A stretch of DNA of 64,000 nt from Candidatus Micrarchaeota archaeon (GTDB lineage: Archaea; B1Sed10-29). The translations under genes and the position numbers were made by a program. Positions 26,698 to 35,025 of the stretch are shown here, in pieces; positions within the stretch are counted from its first letter, which is position 1; each line of letters opens with the position of its first letter. Where the stretch lies: the NCBI GenBank assembly GCA_964579265.1, contig CAZOFO010000002.1, forward strand, positions 22,856 to 86,855, written 5' to 3'. The notes below the pieces were generated by a model. The model was not told the DNA's origin and did no database searches. It worked only from the letters and a program-made list of their open reading frames with translations.

Positions 26698-27391
26698 TGA
26701 AAATCTTAAAACCCGATACGCTACTTTGGATGATGTGCCTAAGTTACTGGACCACCCCGGAGAATTTGAATTCTCTACAAAATATTTGCATGAAGCGATT
26801 AGATCCAGTAGACAAGGTATAATTATTTTAGAGGAAAATGAAGAAATAAAAGCATTTGTACATGTTAGAAGAGGAGCAGAAGGAATTAAAATAGATAGTT
26901 ACGGGTTTAGAAATAAAGAAGAAATAATTAAGCTACTTTCAGAAGTTGAATCTCTGACTATTGATCTTCCAATATACATATATGTTGATAAAAAGGATAA
27001 AGATATTTCTTTATTCAAAAAAGCAGGGTATAAAGAAGAATTAGAAACAGAAGACGGACAAGTAAAGCTGGTTAAACCTTGGTTGAAGATCCACGAAGAC
27101 CGTAAAAAAGAACTGATATTTAAAGAAAAAGCTGAAGAAGCTAGAAAACAGCATGAGAAGATTTATCCTATATCCAAAGGCAGAATAAGTAATCTTGAAT
27201 CTAATCTAATAATTTTAGAGAAAATAATAGAAGAAATGAGAGAAGAAGAGAAGGAAGAATCTTCTGATACGTCTAAGGAATCTAAAATGGAAAAGAAAGA
27301 GGATTTAGTCTCTTGTCCTATATGTGGAGATGAATTCGAAACTGAAAGAGGTATGAAAATCCATAAGACGAAAATGCACGGTTCTTCTTGA
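26687..27391 (+). CDS. GNAT-like domain protein with a C-terminal C2H2-type zinc finger
   Basis: Start chosen at the ATG at 26687, which follows a GGGGA RBS; the ORF track gives 26642. The GNAT-like core is LEENEEIKAFVHVRRGAEGIKIDSYGF. The C-terminus CPICGDEFETERGMKIHKTKMH fits C-x2-C-x12-H-x4-H. Confidence 0.45.
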   Translation: MKNNENLKTRYATLDDVPKLLDHPGEFEFSTKYLHEAIRSSRQGIIILEENEEIKAFVHVRRGAEGIKIDSYGFRNKEEIIKLLSEVESLTIDLPIYIYVDKKDKDISLFKKAGYKEELETEDGQVKLVKPWLKIHEDRKKELIFKEKAEEARKQHEKIYPISKGRISNLESNLIILEKIIEEMREEEKEESSDTSKESKMEKKEDLVSCPICGDEFETERGMKIHKTKMHGSS

Positions 27392-27392
27392 T

Positions 27393-27827
27393 TTATTCTT
27401 TTTTCTTTTTACTTATCTTTTTTTGTCTTTTGTGTATAGTTTCCCAACAGTTTGCTATCTCTTTTAACGTTTTGCTAAATTCCAAGGTTGTATGTATCCC
27501 TTTTTCCTGGGTTTTCTTTATCAATCCTCTTCTTTTCAGCATAGGGATCACCTTGTTCTGTATTGTAGATTTAGAATGTCCTTTCTCTTCTGTTAAGTGT
27601 TTCATTAATTCTTTTCTAGGTACTCCTTGGAAATTTTCTGGTTCCAACAAGTAATTTATCAGGTCTTTAGCTACTTCAGTAGATACTGGGTTAACATGGC
27701 TTGGATATATGTGTTCTATTATGTCTTCGGTTATTACGTGGTCCTTTTGTAGTTCTGTTGATGCTGATTCTAGATATAAGGCATTTTTTCTATTTATTTT
27801 TGCTGAATATTCTGGTGGTTTTGCCAT
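27393..27827 (-). CDS. hypothetical protein, possible winged-helix DNA binding
   Basis: 144-aa ORF. HLTEEKGHSKSTIQNKVIPMLKRRGLIKK resembles a recognition helix plus wing. Basic C-terminal tail. Confidence 0.4.
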   Translation of the reverse strand: MAKPPEYSAKINRKNALYLESASTELQKDHVITEDIIEHIYPSHVNPVSTEVAKDLINYLLEPENFQGVPRKELMKHLTEEKGHSKSTIQNKVIPMLKRRGLIKKTQEKGIHTTLEFSKTLKEIANCWETIHKRQKKISKKKKE

Positions 27828-28046
27828 TTTTTCACCTCTTTATTTTAATTTATATTTATCACACTGTTCCGGTATAAATTTGTTTTGGTTGTTGGTTTTT
27901 TCGGTGTTTTCCCATGTTTTTCGATTGTTTAGGCGAGGGTTCTGGGTAGAAAAACATTCATACACACCGGGCCCGTGTGTTGTTGTGTTCTTCTGAATTT
28001 GTCTCTTCAGATTCGTTATACTGGTTCGGTGTGATATAATTTGTTA

Positions 28047-28826
28047 TTATAGATGTGTTAGTTTATTTCCATAATACCATAGTAGGTAGATTAGTAGACC
28101 TACTAAGAAGAATATGATGAATAGTGGAACTAAGAACCCCATTATAGGTACGCCTGTTGCTCTTTTCACCGGATCTGTTTCAGGGTGTTCTTCCGGATAA
28201 GGTTCTTCTAAAAGTTCTTCTTCCTCTTCTTCAGTTAGGTTTAATGCTTCTTCTTCCATTGCTTGTTCTGTTTGCATATGTTCAGGAGGAGTTATTTCTC
28301 CTCTCATTGTTGTTGCTGCTATGAAGATTGCTGTTATTAAGAATCCGAGTATTATGATGATTGAGATTGGTTTCAGTACTTTTGGTTTTTTGACTTTTCT
28401 TTCTTTTTGTAGTTCTCTTTCTCTTTCTTCTTCTATCTGGGTTTTTGAGTCTTTTGGTCTTATATCCTCTACTTCGCTTGCAGGAATTTGTACTTTAACT
28501 GATCCTTCGTATCCACAGTCTTTGCAGTAGAATTTATTTGGTGCTCCTAGGCCTATTATTGTTTTTACTGATCTAGAATCCATTGAAGCGTATTCTAACC
28601 TTGGGCTACCACAACTAGGGCAGATTTGAACTTTTTTACCTTCTTTCTTTTCTTGCTCTTTAGTCTTTTTTTCTTTTTCCTTCTTCTGCTTTTCTTCTTG
28701 TTTTTTAGCCTTTTTTTCCTTTTCTTTCTCTTCTTTTTCATCTTCTTTATCGTGTACTCTTGCTTTGTGGATCTTAACGCCTCTTTCATTCTTTAATTCT
28801 TTCCCACATATGTCACATTTGGCCAT
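28047..28826 (-). CDS. membrane-anchored protein with an N-terminal C2H2-type zinc finger and a second zinc ribbon
   Basis: N-terminus MAKCDICGKELKNERGVKIHKARVH is a C2H2 pattern. A K/E-rich linker follows, then ICPSCGSP...YCKDCGYEG. The C-terminus has two TM helices (ISIIIILGFLITAIFIAA; IMGFLVPLFIIFFLVGLLIYLLW). Confidence 0.5.
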   Translation of the reverse strand: MAKCDICGKELKNERGVKIHKARVHDKEDEKEEKEKEKKAKKQEEKQKKEKEKKTKEQEKKEGKKVQICPSCGSPRLEYASMDSRSVKTIIGLGAPNKFYCKDCGYEGSVKVQIPASEVEDIRPKDSKTQIEEERERELQKERKVKKPKVLKPISIIIILGFLITAIFIAATTMRGEITPPEHMQTEQAMEEEALNLTEEEEEELLEEPYPEEHPETDPVKRATGVPIMGFLVPLFIIFFLVGLLIYLLWYYGNKLTHL

Positions 28827-29216
28827 GCTTAACTCCTTACTTATGATAGTGGAGCGTATAATAAAAGCTTATCCCTACTTTTTCTTGTTTTACCCTTGCT
28901 TCCCGTCCATTGATAATATGTATTTTATAAAATGTATTTTAATATAAGGCCAAAAACACGATAATTATAATTTAAATTATAAAATAAAGTTTAAAGAAAA
29001 TCGATGTTATTCTCTAATATGTATAATGGATTTTATAAAAAATAGTTTCGGCGGATCAGGCCGGAGAAAATGAAATCTCTACAAAGTAATTGCAAAGAGG
29101 GTTTTCCACCTGATTTACCCTTGTTAGAATTTGCGGTTGAAATTCTAGGGTCTCACGTTTCGAAAATTAGTCATGAGTCTTCTGGAGCTGGTGTGAAAAG
29201 GGTGAAAACCGGGTTT

Positions 29217-29227
29217 TTAGGCACTAC
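29217..29227 (-). promoter_or_regulatory. GTAGTGCCTAA copy in minus orientation that supplies the last codons and the TAA stop of the GNAT-CDP-alcohol phosphatidyltransferase gene
   Basis: The minus strand reads ...gaagaaTGTAGTGCCTAA, encoding E-E-C-S-A-stop. Confidence 0.5.
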
Positions 29228-30347
29228 ATTCTTCTTTTTCTTCTCCTTCTTCCAGTTGAACCGGTTCTATAGGGAACTTGATGTGGCTTACCATTAATAG
29301 GCTTATCAAAAATGTGATTAATATCACTGGGTAGAATCCGGGAGAAAGGAAGTAAATTACTGGATAAAGTACTCCTGTAGCTGTCCCTGGGAGACCTATA
29401 AAGTGCTTTCCATTCGGTTCTCTTGTTTGGAATCTAGCTAATCTAAGCACTTCAGCTATAAGTATGGATAATGCTGAGGCGTGAAGTAAAACAGTTTGAA
29501 CCAAATTCTGAGGATTTAACCACGTCAATAGTAATATAGCAGGTGCTGCTCCGAATGAAACCAGGTCTGCTATATCTATTCTTTTCCCAAATTCTGTAGG
29601 TTTTGAGATCCTCCTCGCTACTTCTCCATCGAGCACGTCCATCGTTACTGCCAGTATCAGGAAGGATGATCCCGCTGTAAATCTTCCTTGAATGAATAGA
29701 AAGATTGAATAGATTCCGAAAACAGAGTTTAGGAGTGATATTATGTCTTTTCCCATCATGAAGTTGGTTATTTTGTTCTTTTTAGACATCCTTGGCATTC
29801 TTTCTTTCTCTATCCCTATCGATTCTAGGTATTTTTCTAGATCGTAAAATTCTTTTAGAGGGTGCGTGCTTCCTTTTTCAACCCCTAGTCTTTTCCCTAG
29901 TATCATAACAGTGTTCTCTGGTAATGGTTTTGGACTTATCTTTTCCAGGACTTTCCTCACTCTTGTTTTTTTGAATGTATTCTCTCCTAATTCTTCGATT
30001 ATAGTATGATATCCTCTTTTCTTGTGTAAATTTAATGAAATTTCATTTTCTCTGTGTATCCCTATCAGACAGATCTTTGCTCCTTTTTCTTCTAATCTCT
30101 CCTCCATTTTTTCTTCTAGATATTCTCCTGCTCCTTGTCCTCTCCAATTTTCCTTGATAAATAATGCTCCCATGCTCCCTATCTTCTTGAAGAATGTTTG
30201 GATGTACCCGCATCCGATTGTATATCCTTCGTGTTTCAGTAGAAAGTACTCTCTTTTTTCTGAATTTTTTCCTGGGCTCGTGATGTAAGGGTGATTGGAG
30301 CACATTCCTTCAATTTTCTCTACTTCTTCTGTTCTTTCGACTTTCAT
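29217..30347 (-). CDS. fusion protein: N-terminal GNAT acetyltransferase plus C-terminal CDP-alcohol phosphatidyltransferase
   Basis: The N-terminus has the GNAT motif-A region IKENWRGQGAGEYLEE. The C-terminal half is polytopic and carries the CDP-OH transferase signature DGEVARRISKPTEFGKRIDIADLV (D-G-x2-A-R...G-x3-D-x3-D). Confidence 0.65.
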   Translation of the reverse strand: MKVERTEEVEKIEGMCSNHPYITSPGKNSEKREYFLLKHEGYTIGCGYIQTFFKKIGSMGALFIKENWRGQGAGEYLEEKMEERLEEKGAKICLIGIHRENEISLNLHKKRGYHTIIEELGENTFKKTRVRKVLEKISPKPLPENTVMILGKRLGVEKGSTHPLKEFYDLEKYLESIGIEKERMPRMSKKNKITNFMMGKDIISLLNSVFGIYSIFLFIQGRFTAGSSFLILAVTMDVLDGEVARRISKPTEFGKRIDIADLVSFGAAPAILLLTWLNPQNLVQTVLLHASALSILIAEVLRLARFQTREPNGKHFIGLPGTATGVLYPVIYFLSPGFYPVILITFLISLLMVSHIKFPIEPVQLEEGEEKEECSA

Positions 30348-30399
30348 TGGTTGTTTAACCTCTTATAGATATAAAATAATTTCTATGGTGTTTATTTTA

Positions 30400-30957
30400 T
30401 TAGACTTTGAATTCTTCTAGATCCTTGTCGGAGAGTATTTTTTCCCAGTTCTTCTTATATTGACTATATTTTTCTTCGAATTTCTTATTAGAGGTTTTCT
30501 CTATCTCAAGTTCTTCCAAAGCACTTTCTAGGTTTTTCTGAATTTTTTCATGGTCTTCTTCCTCTTCACACATTTTTTCTATCTCTATAATTTTCCCGTA
30601 GCCAGGGGTTTGGTCTATGCATACTGTGAGGCCCTTCCAGTTGAATTTATGTCTTTTTCTATACCATTTTATCTCTACTTCGTACCCTAGGCTCTTCAAA
30701 AGTTTCTCTAGTTCTTTGAAGTCTTCTTTATTGAATTCTACTTCTATTTCTTCCCTGTTATCCTCGTGTATTTTCCCTTCTTTTAACCAGAGTTTTGAAA
30801 ATTTTTTATTCTTCTGTATTCTAAGGTCTTTTTCCCCTGTAAAATAATATGTTACTTGTTTGTCTTCTTTAATCTTCTCAGCTTTTTCATTCATTTTATA
30901 GAGGAGTTCCTCGTACTCTTTGTCCGATATGAAGCTCCTTGTCTCCACTTCTTTCAT
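30400..30957 (-). CDS. CYTH-domain protein (triphosphate tunnel metalloenzyme / class IV adenylyl cyclase-like)
   Basis: N-terminal EVETRSFI fits the E-x-E-x-K/R pattern. Alternating charged beta-strand pattern and length are typical of CYTH. Confidence 0.55.
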   Translation of the reverse strand: MKEVETRSFISDKEYEELLYKMNEKAEKIKEDKQVTYYFTGEKDLRIQKNKKFSKLWLKEGKIHEDNREEIEVEFNKEDFKELEKLLKSLGYEVEIKWYRKRHKFNWKGLTVCIDQTPGYGKIIEIEKMCEEEEDHEKIQKNLESALEELEIEKTSNKKFEEKYSQYKKNWEKILSDKDLEEFKV

Positions 30958-31043
30958 TTAGAATTCCTCATTTCTTTATTGTTTTTTTCATTTTTAGATT
31001 TTAGGGATATGATTAAATTTCTGGAAACACAGAAAATATATTA

Positions 31044-32405
31044 GTGATTTATATGAATGAATCTGAAGTTAAACTGATAGCTACATCTAAGGGAACTGAA
31101 AATGATGTCCTAGGTCCGGAGGAATTGACTGCTTATGGGGCATACGGATGTTTTGAACAGGGGGCTTCCTATGAGGTCTTCAAAGAACACTACAAAGGGA
31201 ATACTGAAGAAGAGTTTAAAGAGGAGGTAAAAGAGGTTCTAAAACAAAGTGCGGGAAGAGGACACGGAGCAGTAGCTGATCAGAACGCTTTTACTTTTTC
31301 TATAAAAAACTTACCAAGAGCAGCTACTCTTCAGCTTTGCCTACCTGAATATTTGATGCATCTGCAGCAATCGATGAGAAGAGCAACTGCAGAGAGAGGA
31401 TACGTCCTTCCGGACGAGATCAAGAATTCAGATATGTATGAAGAAGTAAAAGAAGTGCTAGACAATGCATTTGAAACTTACATGGAGCTAGTTGAAAACG
31501 AAATACCGAAAGAAGATGCTAGATTCCTCCTACCTCTCTATACTAGGACCAATATACAGACAACTGGAAATGCCAGAGAACTAATGCATCTGCACCACAT
31601 GACAAAGAAAGAACCCGTTCCAACACCAGTAAAAGAAATAATAGACGAGATGATAGAACAAGCAAGAGAAAAAGCACCTAACACTTTCAAGGACTGGGGT
31701 CACAACTACGAAAGACTCGCCTGGTACCCTTCAGCTCAGTTATACGCTGAAGAGAATGCGACTCTGAACAAGATAATAGAGGAATACGATTATCCTGAAG
31801 AGACCACTTATGTTGAAAAAGAATTATCTGAAGAAGCAATTGAAAAGGCTGTGGAGCAGAGAAACGAAGCTGAACTATCCAACCTGAAACACATACACAA
31901 CGGAAGCAAGGTAGAAGGATTCCTAGCACCGATGTCGATAGCCTGCTATCATCAATCCACCAGACAGAGAACATGGAACCACGCTGTAGAGTCCTTCTAC
32001 GACGCTGCAGAAAGAGGAAACATGGTGGTGCCACCTACAGTGAAGAATTCAGAGTACACAGAGAAATTCAAGGAACAACACAGAGAAATGATCCGACTCT
32101 ACAAAAAACTAATCAGCAAAGGGATATCCAAAAAAGAAGCAATAGGAGTAATACCTCATTCTGTCGAAATGTACGACTTTATACACGTCAATGGATGGAA
32201 CTCCATACACTCCATAGGAAAAAGAACCTGTACAAAAGCCCAATGGGAAATAAGAAGTATAGCAAACAACATAGCAGAAAAGATAAGAGAAAAAAACCCG
32301 GCACTAGGAAAATACACCTATCCACAAGGAGTAGTGTACGGAGAGTGTCCGGAAGCAGATCCTTGTGATCTCTGCGAAAAAATAAGAAAACAAAGAGAAG
32401 AATAG
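31044..32405 (+). CDS. ThyX-family (flavin-dependent thymidylate synthase-like) protein with two tandem ThyX-like domains
   Basis: The first half has GRGHGAVADQNAFTFSIKNLPRAATLQL and ARFLLPLYTRTNIQTTGNARELMHLHHM. The second half has GVIPHSVEMYDFIHVNGWNSIHSIGKRTCTKAQWEIRSIANNI. The canonical RHR...S motif is not intact in either half. Confidence 0.55.
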   Translation: MIYMNESEVKLIATSKGTENDVLGPEELTAYGAYGCFEQGASYEVFKEHYKGNTEEEFKEEVKEVLKQSAGRGHGAVADQNAFTFSIKNLPRAATLQLCLPEYLMHLQQSMRRATAERGYVLPDEIKNSDMYEEVKEVLDNAFETYMELVENEIPKEDARFLLPLYTRTNIQTTGNARELMHLHHMTKKEPVPTPVKEIIDEMIEQAREKAPNTFKDWGHNYERLAWYPSAQLYAEENATLNKIIEEYDYPEETTYVEKELSEEAIEKAVEQRNEAELSNLKHIHNGSKVEGFLAPMSIACYHQSTRQRTWNHAVESFYDAAERGNMVVPPTVKNSEYTEKFKEQHREMIRLYKKLISKGISKKEAIGVIPHSVEMYDFIHVNGWNSIHSIGKRTCTKAQWEIRSIANNIAEKIREKNPALGKYTYPQGVVYGECPEADPCDLCEKIRKQREE

Positions 32406-32518
32406 CACATAGATGATACATAGAGGTTACTATATGCCAGAAGCAATGAAAAAAAAAAGATCCAGAGATAAATAAAGCTGTAGAAAAAGAACTGGAAAGA
32501 CAGAGAAAACAGTTAGGT

Positions 32519-33667
32519 ATGATAGCTTCCGAAAACTTAGCTGGAAAAGCTGTTCTAGAAGCACAAGGAAGCGTATTAACTAATAAATACGCTGAAGGGC
32601 TTCCAGGAGACAGGTACTACGGAGGGTGCGAGAACGTAGACGTAGTAGAAGAAAAAGCAATAGAAAGAGCAAAAAAACTATTCAATGCAGAGCACGTCAA
32701 CGTACAACCTCATTCCGGAACCCAGGCCAACATGGCAGCTTACTTCTCAGTACTGGAACCAGGAGACACTATCCTAGGACCAAAACTCAGCCATGGAGGA
32801 CACCTAAGCCACGGTTCACCCTGGAGCTTCTCCGGAAAACTATTCGAAAAGATAGAGTACAAAGTAGACAGAGAAACTGAAAGATGGAACCACGAAAAGA
32901 TAAAAGAAATGGCTAGAGAACACGAACCCGACCTAATTCTCACAGGATACAGCGCCTACCCCAGACAAATAGATTTCAAAGCCTTCAAAGAAGCAGCAGA
33001 GATAGCGGACGCTTACCTAATGGCAGATATTGCCCACATCGCAGGCCTAGTAGCGGCAGGTGAACACCCAAAACCCTTCCCCGAAGCAGACATAGTCACA
33101 GGAACAACACATAAAACGCTAAAAGGAGCCAGAGGAGGATTCATACTGTGCAAAGAAGAACTAGGCGAAGAAATAAATCTCTCAGTGTTCCCTGAAATCC
33201 AAGGAGGACCGATGATGCACGCGATAGCAGGAAAAGCAATAACATTCAAACAAGCGATGACAAAAGAATTCAAAAAATATCAGAAACAAGTGGTAAAGAA
33301 CTCTAAAGAACTCGCCCAAACTCTAGAGAAAGAAGAAATGAAAATAATCACAGGAGGAACGGACACCCACCTAGTCTTAGCCGACGTAACTTCCTTAAAC
33401 ATAACTGGAAAAGAAGCAGAAGACAAACTACAAGACATAGGAATAGTTTTAAACAAAAACACCATCCCCTACGACAAAAGAGAACCTGAAGATCCTAGTG
33501 GAATAAGAATAGGAACACCTATACTAACAGAAAGAGGTATGAAAGAACCAGAAATGAAAAAAATTGGGAAAGCAATTATTAAAACATTAAAGGAAGAATC
33601 AAAAGAACAAAAAATCAAAGAGCAAGTTAAAAACCTTTGTAAGAATTTCCCACTTCCCTACCAGTAA
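32519..33667 (+). CDS. glyA: serine hydroxymethyltransferase; the annotated ORF starts at an internal Met because an A10 homopolymer at 32449-32458 breaks the frame from the upstream ATGs at 32434 and 32446
   Basis: LIASEN-type start MIASENLAGKAVLEAQGSVLTNKYAEGLPGDRYYGGC plus HGGHLSHG and TGTTHKTLKGARGG. The upstream in-frame translation DPEINKAVEKELERQRKQLG is the canonical SHMT N-terminus. Confidence 0.85.
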   Translation: MIASENLAGKAVLEAQGSVLTNKYAEGLPGDRYYGGCENVDVVEEKAIERAKKLFNAEHVNVQPHSGTQANMAAYFSVLEPGDTILGPKLSHGGHLSHGSPWSFSGKLFEKIEYKVDRETERWNHEKIKEMAREHEPDLILTGYSAYPRQIDFKAFKEAAEIADAYLMADIAHIAGLVAAGEHPKPFPEADIVTGTTHKTLKGARGGFILCKEELGEEINLSVFPEIQGGPMMHAIAGKAITFKQAMTKEFKKYQKQVVKNSKELAQTLEKEEMKIITGGTDTHLVLADVTSLNITGKEAEDKLQDIGIVLNKNTIPYDKREPEDPSGIRIGTPILTERGMKEPEMKKIGKAIIKTLKEESKEQKIKEQVKNLCKNFPLPYQ

Positions 33668-33710
33668 ACAAACATACAGATATTAATCCCAATTCCCAAA
33701 TTACAAACAG

Positions 33711-34304
33711 GTGATACTAATGAACGAAACAATGAAAAATCTTGTAAAAGCATTTATAGGAGAAAGTCAAGCCAGAAACAGATACAATATCTACTCAAAA
33801 AGAGCAAAGAAAGAAGGATACGAACAGATAGCGGAAATATTCAATAAAACAGCCGAACAGGAAAGACAGCACGCAAAATGGTTATTCAGACTAATAAACG
33901 AAGTAAAAGAAGATGAAGAAGGAGATTTATCCGAAATAGAAGTACAGGCATCAGCACCAACCACACTAGGAGATACAAAGGAAAATCTAAAAGCAGCTAT
34001 AGACGGAGAACACTACGAAAACACCGAGATGTATCCAAGCTTCGCGGAAAAAGCCCAAGAAGAAGGATACCCAGAAATAGCTAAAAGACTGAGAGCAATA
34101 GCAAGAGCGGAAGAACACCACGAAAACAGGTACAAAAAACTCCTAAAAGAAGTAAGAGAAGGAACAGTCCACGAAAAACAAGAAAAGAAACAATGGGTAT
34201 GCAGAAAATGCGGATACGTACACGAAGGAAGAAAACCACCGGAAGAATGCCCATCATGCAGCCACCCAACAGAATACTTCCAGCTAAAATGCGAAGAATA
34301 TTGA
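33711..34304 (+). CDS. rbr: rubrerythrin
   Basis: Ferritin-like diiron domain (ESQARNRY...EQERQHAKW; [10 protein letters not shown]...EEHHENRY) plus a C-terminal rubredoxin-like CRKCGY...CPSC. Confidence 0.85.
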   Translation: MILMNETMKNLVKAFIGESQARNRYNIYSKRAKKEGYEQIAEIFNKTAEQERQHAKWLFRLINEVKEDEEGDLSEIEVQASAPTTLGDTKENLKAAIDGEHYENTEMYPSFAEKAQEEGYPEIAKRLRAIARAEEHHENRYKKLLKEVREGTVHEKQEKKQWVCRKCGYVHEGRKPPEECPSCSHPTEYFQLKCEEY

Positions 34305-34326
34305 AAAAAAAGGAGAAGGTTTTGAA

Positions 34327-34713
34327 ATGACCAACAAAGGCGAAATATACAAATGCGAAATCTGCGGAAACATAGTGGAAGTAATACACGAAGGAGTAGG
34401 AGAACTAGTATGCTGCGGAGAATCAATGGAACTGCTGGAACCACAAACAGAAGACAAAGGATACGAAAAACACGTCCCAGTAATAGAAGAAACGGATAAA
34501 GGAATCAAAGCCAAAGTAGGATCAAATCCACATCCAATGGAAGAAAAACACTACATAGAATGGATACAAGTAAAACTAAAGAACGGTAAATCATACAGAA
34601 AATACCTGGAACCGGACAAAAAACCAGAAGCAGAATTCCCAGTGAAAAAAGAGGATATAGAAAAGATCAGAGAATACTGCAATGTGCACGGCCTGTGGAA
34701 AAACGAAATTTAG
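34327..34713 (+). CDS. dfx: desulfoferrodoxin (2Fe superoxide reductase)
   Basis: The N-terminal desulforedoxin-like segment is CEICGN...CCG. The SOR domain follows: [23 protein letters not shown]. Confidence 0.85.
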   Translation: MTNKGEIYKCEICGNIVEVIHEGVGELVCCGESMELLEPQTEDKGYEKHVPVIEETDKGIKAKVGSNPHPMEEKHYIEWIQVKLKNGKSYRKYLEPDKKPEAEFPVKKEDIEKIREYCNVHGLWKNEI

Positions 34714-34728
34714 AAAAAGTGATCTACA

Positions 34729-35013
34729 ATGTTATCTGAAATACCTATAGATCTGGATAAAATAGATCAAGAGGATATAGACAAAGAGATACTCCGCAAA
34801 AGCCTGTTAGCAGAGCTAGACGCAATAGACCTATACGAACAAATGGCAAACATGACAAATGACGAAAACATTAAGAAAGTTCTCCTGGACGTAGCAGAAG
34901 AGGAAAAAGAACACGTAGGAGAATTCCAGGAAATGCTACTAAGAAGAGATAAAGAACAAGTAGAACAAATGAAAGAAGGAAAAGAAGAAGTAAAAGAACT
35001 AACAGGTAAATAA
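34729..35013 (+). CDS. small ferritin-like (E-x-x-H) domain protein
   Basis: 94 aa. DLYEQMANMT...LLDVAEEEKEHVGEFQEML fits a short ferritin-like/rubrerythrin-type helix pair. Directly follows rbr and dfx. Confidence 0.4.
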   Translation: MLSEIPIDLDKIDQEDIDKEILRKSLLAELDAIDLYEQMANMTNDENIKKVLLDVAEEEKEHVGEFQEMLLRRDKEQVEQMKEGKEEVKELTGK

Positions 35014-35025
35014 AACCCCTTTCTT

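Noticed and set aside
29070-29297. 75-aa plus-strand ORF upstream of and overlapping the GNAT-CDP-OH transferase 3' end
   Set aside because: It overlaps a well-supported minus-strand gene and lies in a long non-coding gap. It has no RBS and no typical composition.
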